From assembly GCA_020184695.1 (NCBI GenBank), contig JAANOX010000047.1, forward strand, positions 186,001 through 250,000: a stretch of DNA of 64,000 bases, in the 5' to 3' direction. Of the stretch, positions 12,701 through 23,438 are shown piece after piece. The notes beneath the pieces were generated by a model. It was not told where the DNA came from and did no database searches. It saw nothing but the letters and a program-made list of their open reading frames with translations. This DNA comes from Histomonas meleagridis 2922-C6/04-290x. Its lineage: Eukaryota; Protista; Parabasalia. The translations under genes and the position numbers were made by a program. Position 1 is the stretch's first letter, and each line of letters opens with the position of its first letter.

Positions 12701-13542
12701 TGTTCAATTGTTGAAGCAATTCGAATTGACCTATAAAGATATTCGAGAATTCTGGTGTCATTAGAAACACGCATCATTTTAGCAACTTGCTCAAAAAATT
12801 TAGATGTGATTTCTTGTGATTGAATATGCAATACAAGAAAAGATTGAAAAAGAATAACTTTTTCAATTGGAAAACCGGAAAAAAATGAAGAAAAAGTCGA
12901 AAATTGATTTTGGAGATGTTCTTTCTTGAAAACAATCGTAAGGCATGTTGTTGTTAAATGAAATAGATTCTCAGCTTGAAGGGGTTGGTCAGAAGAAAAC
13001 CCAAAATTTATAAGAAGAGTTGCTAGAATAGTTGGTAAGGATTTATTTGGATTAAAAACATCATTCAACTTTTGATCAAATTCAATATTTCTAGTAGAAA
13101 CATATGATACATATTTTGAAATTAAGTATTTAAAACCTTCAAATGTGTTTGAATCAAGAATTGTTGGATTAAAACGATTTTGAAAAATTGTTATGAATTG
13201 AAGTTCATGGTTAAAAAACAAATCACTTTCACTTACAAAATAAGAGAAATTTATAAGAGAAAAAAAGTTTGGAGATTTTGAATTCCAAAAAGCATTTGAT
13301 ATTTTACTATCAGATAAATGAACAAAAGTTTGAATTAAATCTAATTCACGAATAATTTTGATTGTTTCTTCAATTGTTAATGGAGATATCAAAGAAGAAT
13401 TTGATTCAAAAAATAAATTTGAAATAATTTTAAATGTATCATTTTCATTTTCTTTAAGTTCTTTTTGAAGATCTTTCTGAATGCGATTTAGGTTTCTTTT
13501 ATTTGGGTCTCTAATAGATAAAATCTCACTCAGGCGATTCAT
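9745..13542 (-). CDS. THADA/Trm732-like HEAT-repeat protein (DUF2428)
   Basis: 1265-aa helical protein containing the family signature RRSAGLP. Confidence 0.75.
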   Translation of the reverse strand: MNRLSEILSIRDPNKRNLNRIQKDLQKELKENENDTFKIISNLFFESNSSLISPLTIEETIKIIRELDLIQTFVHLSDSKISNAFWNSKSPNFFSLINFSYFVSESDLFFNHELQFITIFQNRFNPTILDSNTFEGFKYLISKYVSYVSTRNIEFDQKLNDVFNPNKSLPTILATLLINFGFSSDQPLQAENLFHLTTTCLTIVFKKEHLQNQFSTFSSFFSGFPIEKVILFQSFLVLHIQSQEITSKFFEQVAKMMRVSNDTRILEYLYRSIRIASTIEQLNLLSTFVIRDYDSSIPILKSVMQKCIEHLFLLDSKQSSLIFKEKILNLQWYSSLKKFIFPLILPYSDEEMMKSFIYFSQDPQNKVFVQKCMKIINESEALQNIISNTIIKLLNESNPYENLLSLSNIFMNNNKIPKICLQNLPTNELGKVSLIIDSVISSPKQFSSYLTKAELEYSSQSFNWDLRLKFFKVYVLVGLPNNNENVKILLDSFPSLLSIESLEHCSQINILFDNLIENIYKQKKKYIKIDINNFLSSLLSIISPNLLPTTNSLKRQFCLNLCKSIYKRFPNIDNDNQTIINLLSIMKDGSVSLKNSLISLSKYIPSISNSFDTLNTNNSTQIINEKLLNDQNDLKSFQEIRILLENSNVLLDLPGNIIDKYINYETDKWEIQSEIFLIISYLCTKMKINNEIVMKCADKIFNTLLQTRKVGLICSSCPALERLLRYLSKISEYKNKPKEYCDKLCEIMCNFDMKQMRRSAGLPYIANTLIKSNKELYLELTNALLFICKNTNNPNEATNSLNTLKTIIKENPINEIIISKLFDVIFDVCDRFYTSWDVISAINLLYVGLIHKIWEMFTGQTQFHSLSRQQFFSKINNSKEIFYKTLSKANQHSSYLVLLLLSMFTSDIEDPQLIKLILSFSSNKSSRIRRIAVRALLKNICNENFETFWDEIVLKVNNETKMNDLHFYLMILYELRNLNVKKEFVHNIQLNKVPKVIQKLILDIEDKPIEWNKMEIGELIITIRDWNRKYVPNELINKLLYDFIEGETLLQCNKTYAIEGMKFLIRNLKPNSIKTENCELINKMIKNIKSIYLKSLAILLLKFVNKPKIDDLIEEFQEISINKKEEYFPLHHSLSLISDIIYQTQEGKQIILFLILNDIPLIRLQTIKTLQIEINEILLSQILIKEMKQEEKHEISNKLIQMIEERNNKYQFSEPITFFVDEFYILELCNPGMFQQFRKEMKEPLNLFEIRQKIISLWNENKKKL

Positions 13543-13969
13543 TTGAAGTTTTTGGTCAGGAATTTAGTGTTTAACGTTTTTTGATCAAACGGTCTCTCTT
13601 GGGCGGGTTCGAATTTTTAGTGTGACCGTTCATTGCAACCATGAGCCTACAAACAGGCTCTCTTTCTTAGAATAAGCTTATTCAATTCTCTGGTTTTTTT
13701 GGTGTGATGCAATATGTTGGTGTTAATAAAAACAAAAAACTGGTAACAATGATTTTAAATTTAAATATATTTCTATGGAGTTACTAATTAAACTTAAACA
13801 AATTATTTGATTAAACTCTATATATTTATATAATTTAACTATTAGTAGATCAGTTTATTATAGTTCCATATGTTGTCAATTGGAGATTTTTTGCTGTTCC
13901 AGATTATAATAAATTATAAACATTTTTATTCAAATACATTTATCAACCATTTAAACACATTAAAATTTC

Positions 13970-15103
13970 TTAGACATTACTTGGATTTAATTCTACAAGA
14001 AGGTCATTTGAGTTACTATAATTAATTGTTTCATTTGTTCCACATTGAACATCCACTGGCGCCTTTACATCATTTTCACCAAATTTTGCGCGCAAACTGT
14101 AATCCATAGCTGCATTTTTGACACATTTAATTTCAAAAAAATTAACATGTGCCCAATATATAATATCTAAAATGAAATCAAATGAAAAAATCAAAGATAT
14201 TATGTAAATAATTTTCATATATTTTTTGTTAAAACATTCAAAAATTTTATCATTTCCATTCATTAAAATCATTGGTCCATGTTCAACATCAACCTCTGTC
14301 TGAATTACATATGTTGTATAATTTGTTCGTGGGTGCTTTAATCTGAATTCAATTTCAACATCACTTGTTGGCAATACATCCAATGAGAAATATGCAAAAA
14401 TTGGAGTGTTAGATGGAATTAAAATATCTGGTCCTTCTTCTTGCCATGTATTATATTCTAATTCACATGTTTTTTTGCCCACTTGTTTGGTGCCATTTTT
14501 AAAAATGTATTTTTCACCTATTTCATATGCCGAAAAAATAGGTGGTGACATACGGACATTTGCTATAGAATCTTTAAGCTCTTCAAGTGTGACAATTTTA
14601 GGGGAAAATAAAAAGTTTGTTGGAATTATTGATTTATATGAGTTGGAAAATGGATGGCGAAGATAAAGTTTAAGGAGGATAACCACAATATATATTGATA
14701 TGAATGGGAAAAATATTACTGACTTTATGGTTAAATAACAAATGAGAGTAGATAATAGAGTGCCTAATAGGGTAACAGACATAAAATACAAAGCAAACGA
14801 AAGAGAAAATTGATAGCCACTAATGTTTTTCAGGATTTGTTTGTGAAAGGAAAAATAAACCATACTAAATATTGCCGGAATAATAAAAATAGCTATGGTG
14901 ATACCCATCATTCCAAGCAGGCTTCCTGGGTAATAACACCATACGGAAAATTGAGTGGGATAACATATTGAAATGTTGGATGAAATTGATCCATTTTCAA
15001 ATTTATCTGTATGATTGAGACAAAGGCCATCGCACATTGTATCACCACAAAGAATTTTAGCACCTATGTAAACATCAAAGATGTGAGGAAGTGTTGAATT
15101 CAT
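13970..15103 (-). CDS. Hypothetical multi-pass membrane protein
   Basis: 377-aa ORF with about four hydrophobic segments and a Cys-containing N-terminus. Confidence 0.65.
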   Translation of the reverse strand: MNSTLPHIFDVYIGAKILCGDTMCDGLCLNHTDKFENGSISSNISICYPTQFSVWCYYPGSLLGMMGITIAIFIIPAIFSMVYFSFHKQILKNISGYQFSLSFALYFMSVTLLGTLLSTLICYLTIKSVIFFPFISIYIVVILLKLYLRHPFSNSYKSIIPTNFLFSPKIVTLEELKDSIANVRMSPPIFSAYEIGEKYIFKNGTKQVGKKTCELEYNTWQEEGPDILIPSNTPIFAYFSLDVLPTSDVEIEFRLKHPRTNYTTYVIQTEVDVEHGPMILMNGNDKIFECFNKKYMKIIYIISLIFSFDFILDIIYWAHVNFFEIKCVKNAAMDYSLRAKFGENDVKAPVDVQCGTNETINYSNSNDLLVELNPSNV

Positions 15104-15326
15104 GTTGTGAAATGATTTCTACTTATCGGTTGTGTTAAACTTTTGAATATATGATTTTATATTCAAATAAATTCAATTGCATTCTGTGTCGACGGTTTAC
15201 ATGCCAAAATTATCTAACGGTTATGCCAAAATGACGTGAAATTGCATCATGCACTCAAAAAGTAAACCGTTTACAAGCAAGAACACGTTAAAAGACCGTT
15301 ACCGTTTTTTAGGTCGAAACTTGAAT

Positions 15327-16157
15327 ATGTTGAACTCAAATAAAATAATCTCTGTAACTCCTGATAACAAAATTACAAAAATAGTCCACAAAGAAGGATA
15401 CGGCCCAACCCCAAGGACAGGTGAAAAGGTGGTATTAATAGAAGAAGGTAGACTTAAAGATAGTCAAGTTATTTTTGATTCATCTATTAAGAATGGACAT
15501 AAATTCAAATTTATTCTCGGGAAAGATGATGTTATTGATGGACTTACTCTTGCTGTTTCATCAATGAAACTTGGCGAGTCATCTACTTTCACAATTGATC
15601 CTGAATATGGCTATGGGGAAAAAGGGAGAGAAAACATTATTCCTCCAAATGCAGTTCTCGAGTTTGACATTGAACTTGTTGACATCCGAGAAAAGTTTTA
15701 CAATGCCATTGAAGCAGACAAAAGAGCTCTTGCAATGAAGGACGAAGCAGGAAAACTGTTTCGCGAAGGGAAGCTTCAAGAAGCTGCTATTGTTTATAAG
15801 CGCGCTTTTCATGTTGTAAATGAATGGGTTAATAAGGAATCACTAGAAATCAAAATTGTCTTAAGTAGGAACCTTGCAATTGTATATGGCAAACTTGGGA
15901 ATTATGGGAAATCGCTAAAACATGCTGAATACGTTCTGAAAACGGAAAAAAATGATCCAAAAGCTTTACTCAAAAAAGCAGAAGCTTTAATACACTTTGA
16001 AAGAATTAAAGAGGCGCGACAGGTCATGAACATGGGACTCGGTATAACGAAAAATAGTCCTGCGTTTGTGGAAGCCAATAAAAAATTGATCGAACTGGAA
16101 AAAATTGATGCAAAAAGAGAAAACGAAGTGTTTGCAAAAATGTTCAAAAAAGAATAA
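15327..16157 (+). CDS. FKBP-type peptidyl-prolyl isomerase with C-terminal TPR repeats
   Basis: FDSS...FKFILG...VIDGL...YGYG..G....IPPNAVLEFDIEL FKBP motifs, then TPRs. ATG 15327 is preferred over 15249 because M3-like motifs lie just upstream of it. Confidence 0.9.
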   Translation: MLNSNKIISVTPDNKITKIVHKEGYGPTPRTGEKVVLIEEGRLKDSQVIFDSSIKNGHKFKFILGKDDVIDGLTLAVSSMKLGESSTFTIDPEYGYGEKGRENIIPPNAVLEFDIELVDIREKFYNAIEADKRALAMKDEAGKLFREGKLQEAAIVYKRAFHVVNEWVNKESLEIKIVLSRNLAIVYGKLGNYGKSLKHAEYVLKTEKNDPKALLKKAEALIHFERIKEARQVMNMGLGITKNSPAFVEANKKLIELEKIDAKRENEVFAKMFKKE

Positions 16158-16455
16158 TTATTTTGTTAATTAAAGTTTACCAAAAGTTTTAAAATTTTCA
16201 TGAAAATTTTTAAGGAAATAATCAGATTCCCGAAGAAAATTAAAAAAGGGGTTTAAAATCATTAACCTTTGTATAAAAAAAAACTTTAGAACTTTGTAAT
16301 GAATCATTGCATGTGTAGTCGTAACACACATTTATTTGTCTTAAATATTAAAAAATTATTAATATATAAAATTTATAATGGTATAATTTTAAATAATCCA
16401 AAAACTATTGATTAAAAAAAATGGTACTTGATTATGAACCAATTATGTTTTGTTC

Positions 16456-16460
<5 letters not shown>

Positions 16461-16494
<34 letters not shown>
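16461..16494. repeat. (TA)17 microsatellite
   Basis: Direct reading. Confidence 0.95.
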
Positions 16495-16496
<2 letters not shown>

Positions 16497-17449
16497 TATC
16501 CCCGAAGTACAATAGTACTTGAATTAGTTTTTAAATATATCAAAATGATTCAAAATAATAAGATAATGATTAATTTTCATATGAAATTTTATATAATGAA
16601 AGCTATTCATAAAAAATTTAGTATTATTATGATATTATAATTTTATATTAATTATACAACTTATTTCATATTTTTTTCGATTTTATACATATATGTATAA
16701 ATTAAATGATTTTTGAATAATAAGATTTTACAAAATTTAACAAAATTCAAAATATATGTATATATATTATTTAGAAGAATATAAAAATTAAAATATATAT
16801 ATATAAGCAAATCTCATAATTCATCAAAGTTTGGTTTTATTTTTATGCCGAAGGCATAAAAATAAATAATAATATATGTAAAATAGATAATTATTCTACC
16901 AATCAGTTGATATCAAATGTAAAATTTTACATTTTCAAGCGATTGGAAGTCAAATTTGAATAAGTGGACGAATAAAAATCACTCAATCAGCTCGTATCGT
17001 TAACGAAAATTATTTCCGAATAAAGCTTGCTCAAGAAACGGTGGCATTGACTCATATTCGGAGAAATAGAAAAATCAACATCATTACATAGAATGTCAAG
17101 TAAGTTGAAAAATGGATTATATTCAAAATTTGGAGCACATGAAATAAAATAATTGATAAATGTATCTCAAGTCAGTGTTTTAAAGATCATTTGCGAATTA
17201 ATTTTGTATAGATATTTATTTAATAAAATTGAACTTTTTGCTAAAATACAAAAATTCAAAAAAAATATTTATGCTTTACGTCATATAAATTCAATGATCA
17301 AGAATCGTTTTATTCAGAAAAAAAATGTATCGTTTGTACGATATTATTTCAAAAATATGTACTTACACAGAAATTTTATTAAGAATAAATCATCAATTAA
17401 TAATCGATTTAAATAAGTAGATCATCAAGGTATTACGAAAATTATCATA

Positions 17450-18020
17450 TCATTCATCTTTTTCAAGAAGTAATTAAAATATTTCTGTATAACCATATCG
17501 AGATGCTAAAATAAGTGCTGTTTTAAATAATTTAAATAATTCTCAAATATTATTTTGAAATATCAAATTATTGAAATAAATATTTTATAAAACAAATAAA
17601 TATCTTTAGCATTAATATCAATACCTTCTTGTTCAAGCAAATATTTAAAGAATTTATAATTTGTTAAACGCACAGAATATGTCAAAATATTTTTTGGAAT
17701 TTGTTTTCCAAAGAGAAATTGAAAAACAAGAAATATGTTTCGAACACTTGTACATACATCAATAATAGATTCATTGATTTCCATTCCTTCATTTAATATG
17801 AAAGAAAGTAGTTCATAATTACTAAACTTAATACATTTAATACCTACTTCAGTTAAATTCTCAATTACAATGAATTTGTTTTCATAAAGATATTCAAAGA
17901 TATCATTACGATGAAATTGGATTGCAGCTTCACATGCATCTTCAAATGAAGAATGATTTTGATCACATAAATGAATTATTTCTTCATTTCCACCTGCAAC
18001 TGCATATCTTAACAGGAATA
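17450..18020 (-). pseudogene. 5'-truncated DUF3447/ankyrin remnant with one 80-nt spacer
   Basis: Open frame RYAVAGGNEEIIHLCDQN...AIQFHRNDIFEYLYE...EQEGIDINAKD, an 80-nt spacer (17522-17601), then TALILASRYGYTEI followed by a stop. Confidence 0.8.
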
Positions 18021-18669
18021 AGAATTAATCCAAATAATAAAGATAATATTATAAATTTCGAATCAATGCCAGTATCAGATGTAATAAAATGATATAGTGA
18101 TCAAAGAGATGTTGATCTTCCATATAAAATAAGTTTAATATATGCGAAGAATATTGATTAAAAAGATCTTGAAAAACTTGAAGTAACTCAAGGAGATGAT
18201 ACAATATATATAACGTCAATGGTAAAAGGAGAAAAACTTCAGGTAAAACCATTGAACAAATCTTTAAATATTATGTAACTTTCAAATGATTTCTATTCAT
18301 TATATAGAGTGAATAAAAAAGGATTTAGAAAAGAAGTATAAAGAATTAATGATAACGAAAAGATAAAATATTTGCCAATTCATCCTGGCGATTACAATTA
18401 GAAAAATATGGACCAAGATGCGGCGAGTCAATTAAATATGCTTGCAGATACTTACTGAAAAATAAACATTTGAAAGATGATGAAAATGAAAATGAAACTA
18501 TTAATTCCGAATTATGACTGAGAAAAAAATAAAACATTGTTTTAATCTAATTTTTTTAGGGGAAAACAACAAAACTTAAAAAAAATATTCGTGAAATACC
18601 AAATGAAGTTTTAAACTTGTAAACGCTTCGTTGATGATTGGCAAAAATATCAACACAAAAAAAAAATGT

Positions 18670-19050
18670 GAAGAAAATGTCAAAACTATTGGTGATAATG
18701 CATTTCAAATTGTTATAAAATTATCGAATTCATTTTCTAATTCAAATACATTCACTCAATCAAATTCATTTACTAAATCGAATTCATTTACAAACCCCAA
18801 TATGTGCACCGAGTCAAATACATTCACATTATTAAATTCATTTTCTAGTTCTAATACATTTTCTCAATCATTTTCATTTTCCAAATCAAATACATTTACA
18901 TTATCTAATACATTTTCTCAATCGAATTCATTCACTGAAACGAATACATTTTTTCAATCGAATACATAGATAAGAACAAATATTTCTAATATAAATTCAA
19001 ATATAAATATAAGTATAACATATTCATTAATTTTAACTTATTCTTCGTTT
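18670..19050 (+). pseudogene. BspA-like fragment (one TpLRR motif plus a degenerate SxSNTF stalk)
   Basis: VKTIGDNAF followed by SNSNTFTQSNSFTKSNSF...SQSNSF; no signal peptide or TM segment; stop at 18969. Confidence 0.65.
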
Positions 19051-19523
19051 TATAGTCATTCTTCATTAATGAAGAATAATGTTGAATAGGAGTAAATGTT
19101 TTGATTTGAAGATATGGAAAACAAAATGCACTACAATTTTGTTATTTCTAAATCTTTATAGATTCATTGAATATTCATTGAATATTTTTATTGTTCATAA
19201 ATGAAGCAATACCATTTTCATGCGCCGGAGTGAAGAAAAGGAGGTGGATTGTTTTGCCAAAAGTTTTAGCATAAACGATGTTTGACGTTAATAACTCAAA
19301 CACGAAGCCTCCAAATTTCACCCATTTAAAATTGAGTAACGAAAGAATTTAAGTCATTAAAAAGTTATAACTGACAGAAAAAACGGGTGGGTAAAAACGC
19401 GCCAATTAACGTTCACATCAATGACCATCATAAATTGAAAGGTTTGTTGTTAAAAAAATTTCAGAAGTCAATGACCGAGCAAAGCTAGTTAAAAATCGGG
19501 GACTAGTCACATCATTTAATTAT

Positions 19524-20676
19524 ATGCAACATTTCTTATTTACAAGTGAATCAGTTACAGAAGGTCATCCAGATAAGATGTGTGATATTATTTCAGACAC
19601 AATTTTAGATGAATGTTTACGTCAAGATCCATATTCTAAAAGTTGCTTGTGAAACAGCCACCAAGACAGGTTTAGCATTTTGTATTTGGTGAAATTACAT
19701 CTAGTGCACATCTTGATTATCAAACATTGGTACGTAATGCCATTCGTAATATTGGTTATGATCATTCAGTAAAATGTTTTGATGCCAATACATGTAATGA
19801 TATTGGTATCAGTAGAACAACAATCGGACGATATAGCAAAAGCAGTTCATATTGGCAAGTCAGATGAAGATTCAGGAACAGGAGATCAAGGTATTATGTT
19901 TGGCTATGCCACTAATGAGCCTCCTGAATTAATGCCATTATCATAATTTTAGCATCTAAATTAGCACTTAAACTTACAGAAGTTCGTAAGGCAGGTGTTT
20001 TACCATTTTTGAGGCTCAGATGGTAAAACGCAAGTTACTGTTGAATATGAAAAGAAAGATAAAAGAATTAAAACCAATTCGAGTTCATACAGTTTTAATT
20101 TCTACAATGCATACAGATGAAGTTACATTAGAAGAACTTAAAACGCAAGTTATTGATAAAGTTATCAAACCAGTTATACCGAAAGAATATTTAGATGATA
20201 AAACTATTCTTTATGTTAATCCAGGTGGACGTTTTGTAATTGGAGGTCCACTTGGAGATGCAGGTCTTACAGGACGTAAAATTATTGTTGATGGTTATGG
20301 AGGCTGGGGTGCACATGGAGGTGGTGCATTTTCAGGGAAAGATCCATCCAAAGTTGATCGCTCAGCATGTTATGCAGCACGTTGGGTTGCTAAATCTATT
20401 GTTTCAGCAGGACTTGCGTCAAGATGTCTTGTTCAATTATCATATTCTATTGGATTGAAACATCCATTATCAATTCATGTTGATACATATGGTACAGGTA
20501 AAATTGAAGATGATATTAGAAATATTAAGAATAACTTTGACTTAAGTCCAGGAGGTATTATTCGTGATCTTGATCTTCGTCGTCCAATTTATGTTCAAAC
20601 AGCTGCATATGGTCATTTTGGTCGTTCAGATCTTGATCTTCCATGGGAAAAGCCAAAACAACTTAAACTTGAATAA
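19524..20676 (+). pseudogene. MAT: S-adenosylmethionine synthetase, frameshifted inverted copy
   Basis: Near-identical to 21608-22762 but with +1 indels at ~19638-19641 and ~19678-19681, further indels to ~20020, and a 5+1-nt loss at ~20511. Confidence 0.85.
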
Positions 20677-20975
20677 ACAATTTAAACTTTAACAGTTTGG
20701 TAAAACATACAATATTTCCCCTCAATTCTTCAAAATAACCACAACAAATTTATTCAATTTTCAGACTTTTTGAATAATTATTTCAGTTTTTCTATCTACC
20801 AAAACCACATCACCAAAATCATTTTTAGCTCTCATCGAAATAGAGGTGTCATTCTATAACATACACCTACTTCTTCAAAAAGCTCCACTGCTTTAGGGGA
20901 AAATAAATTGGTTTTTACTTTTTTTGCTTATCTGAAAAATTAAAGTAAAAAATTACAAAAAGTTATTGAGAATGT

Positions 20976-21518
20976 TTAATTAGCCATTTCTTTATCCATA
21001 AACTTGCGTGGTGCAAAACAGATCCACCATTTATCTGCTGTGCCATCTTTGAAAACAATTTCAAGAAGACGGCTTGCCGTTTCGTTACGAACAGTCTTGA
21101 AGAAGGCGAGAAGGTCTGCCTTTTCTGCATTACTCTTTGGTGCTGTAACAAGAGAAGCCAAGATAAATCCGCCTTCGCCTGGAATTGGGAATGCATTCAT
21201 ACTCCATGATTGAATTTCTTTCTGACATTTTGCCTTGTCCTTTGGGTTCTTTGCAAAGAATTTAAGGCATTTCATTGCAAAGAAAGTAATGTAAATCAAA
21301 AGGCGATCGGCATCATTTTTAATCTTAAAATCTCTCATGAAGATATTTGTGCGGAAGTGATAAAGTGCTTCGTCGACGATATCGAAAGCTGGTGTATTTT
21401 GTCTTTTAGAAGTGTCGCGAATTGGAAGAATTGGGATGCCTGCAATTACTGGTACGCCTGTGTTGATAAAAACAGAGTTCTTTGAGTCTGCAGCTGGCTC
21501 AGTAGGAAGCTTCGACAT
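20976..21518 (-). CDS. ARPC3: Arp2/3 complex subunit 3 (p21-Arc)
   Basis: DIVDEALYHFRTNIF...ADRLLIYIT, FPIPGEGGF, KWWICFAPRKFM. Start is ATG 21518 (the ORF track starts at a GTG). Confidence 0.93.
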   Translation of the reverse strand: MSKLPTEPAADSKNSVFINTGVPVIAGIPILPIRDTSKRQNTPAFDIVDEALYHFRTNIFMRDFKIKNDADRLLIYITFFAMKCLKFFAKNPKDKAKCQKEIQSWSMNAFPIPGEGGFILASLVTAPKSNAEKADLLAFFKTVRNETASRLLEIVFKDGTADKWWICFAPRKFMDKEMAN

Positions 21519-21607
21519 GAGTGTCACTTTTGTAAATTGAATGAAAAGTCAAAATAAAATGTCCTCAAACGATTGCACTTTTGCAAAACTGTTAAAGTTT
21601 AAATTGT

Positions 21608-22762
21608 TTATTCAAGTTTAAGTTGTTTTGGCTTTTCCCATGGAAGATCAAGATCTGAACGACCAAAATGACCATATGCAGCTGTTTGAACATAAATTGG
21701 ACGACGAAGATCAAGATCACGAATAATACCTCCTGGACTTAAGTCAAAGTTATTCTTAATAATTTCTAATATTTTTTCATCTTCAATTTTACCTGTACCA
21801 TATGTATCAACATGAATTGATAATGGATGTTTCAATCCAATAGAATATGATAATTGAACAAGACATCTTGACGCAAGTCCTGCTGAAACAATAGATTTAG
21901 CAACCCAACGTGCTGCATAACATGCTGAGCGATCAACTTTGGATGGATCTTTCCCTGAAAATGCACCACCTCCATGTGCACCCCAGCCTCCATAACCATC
22001 AACAATAATTTTACGTCCTGTAAGACCTGCATCTCCAAGTGGACCTCCAATTACAAAACGTCCACCTGGATTAACATAAAGAATAGTTTTATCATCTAAA
22101 TATTCTTTCGGTATAACTGGTTTGATAACTTTATCAATAACTTGCGTTTTAAGTTCTTCTAATGTAACTTCATCTGTATGCATTGTAGAAATTAAAACTG
22201 TATGAACTCGAATTGGTTTTAATTCTTTATCTTTCTTTTCATATTCAACAGTAACTTGCGTTTTACCATCTGGGCCTAAAAATGGTAAAACACCTGCCTT
22301 ACGAACTTCTGTAAGTTTAAGTGCTAATTTAGATGCTAAATTATGTGATAATGGCATTAATTCAGGAGTCTCATTAGTGGCATAACCAAACATAATACCT
22401 TGATCTCCAGCTCCTAAATCTTCATCTGACTTGCCAATATGAACTGCTTTGGCTATATCATCCGATTGTTGTTCTACTGATACTAATACATTACATGTAT
22501 TGGCATCAAAACATTTACTGGAATGATCATAACCAATATTACGAATGGCATTACGTACTAATGTTTGATAATCAAGATGTGCACTAGATGTAATTTCACC
22601 AAATACAAATGCTAAACCTGTCTTGGTGGCTGTTTCACAAGCAACTTTAGAATATGGATCTTGACGTAAACATTCATCTAAAATTGTGTCTGAAATAATA
22701 TCACACATCTTATCTGGATGACCTTCTGTAACTGATTCACTTGTAAATAAGAAATGTTGCAT
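21608..22762 (-). CDS. MAT: S-adenosylmethionine synthetase
   Basis: [33 protein letters not shown] and YGHFGR motifs; Inr just upstream of ATG 22762. Confidence 0.97.
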   Translation of the reverse strand: MQHFLFTSESVTEGHPDKMCDIISDTILDECLRQDPYSKVACETATKTGLAFVFGEITSSAHLDYQTLVRNAIRNIGYDHSSKCFDANTCNVLVSVEQQSDDIAKAVHIGKSDEDLGAGDQGIMFGYATNETPELMPLSHNLASKLALKLTEVRKAGVLPFLGPDGKTQVTVEYEKKDKELKPIRVHTVLISTMHTDEVTLEELKTQVIDKVIKPVIPKEYLDDKTILYVNPGGRFVIGGPLGDAGLTGRKIIVDGYGGWGAHGGGAFSGKDPSKVDRSACYAARWVAKSIVSAGLASRCLVQLSYSIGLKHPLSIHVDTYGTGKIEDEKILEIIKNNFDLSPGGIIRDLDLRRPIYVQTAAYGHFGRSDLDLPWEKPKQLKLE

Positions 22763-22769
22763 ATAATTA

Positions 22770-22774
22770 AATGA
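22770..22774 (-). promoter_or_regulatory. Initiator (Inr) TCATT of the SAM synthetase gene
   Basis: TCATT 8-12 nt upstream of the ATG. Equivalent TCAYT motifs precede the serpin (58448-58457) and the DUF3447 gene (62479-62488). Confidence 0.6.
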
Positions 22775-23438
22775 TGTGACTAGTCCCCGATTTTTAACTA
22801 GCTTTGCTCGGTCATTGACTTCTGAAATTTTTAACAACAAACCTTTCAATTTATGATGGTCATTGATGTGAACGTTAATTGGCGCGTTTTTACCCACCCG
22901 TTTTTTCTGTCAGTTATAACTTTTTAATGACTTAAATTCTTTCGTTACTCAATTTTAAATGGGTGGAAATTACGATATTTCTGTAGAATGTTTTGTCGGT
23001 TCTGGTTAAAATGAAACAATAAAAAACGTAACTTCTAAGAAAGGATCCGACTTTTAATCAAATTAATATGATTAGATTTCTTTGCCTAAACAGCAATTAA
23101 TTACTAAAAACATTTTTTTTATATTTTTTCTAATTTGGTGTGATGATCAAGTTTAGAATGTCAAAATTGTAAATCCAGAAGACATGTATATTTTGTAGAG
23201 ATGTGAAATGCAAAATTTATTTTTTTTTTCGCAAACATTGATCTAAAAAAAATATTAAATTCTGTGATTTTCATGCAAAAAATAAATCACACTTGGAATA
23301 AAAAGTGTTATTCAGCATATGTTTATGGTATGAAAGCAAGTTAATGATATGAAGTTTAACTTGATTAAGAATTAAATTTTTTGACACTTCTTTGTTTTTA
23401 AGTAATAAAAAGTTTAAACAAATTGGCGTAGATACAAT

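Larger units (their letters stand above)
19314..22971. repeat. ~1.39-kb inverted repeat (arms ~19314-20705 and ~21579-22971) around ARPC3
   Basis: Each arm holds the SAM synthetase CDS plus ~210 bp upstream and ~30 bp downstream; the arms are reverse complements. Confidence 0.95.

Noticed and set aside
22763-22897. N-terminal extensions from GTG/TTG starts in the ORF track (MAT, ARPC3, serpin, DUF3447, 35595 ORF)
   Set aside because: A downstream ATG with Inr or M3 context and family-typical N-termini fits better.
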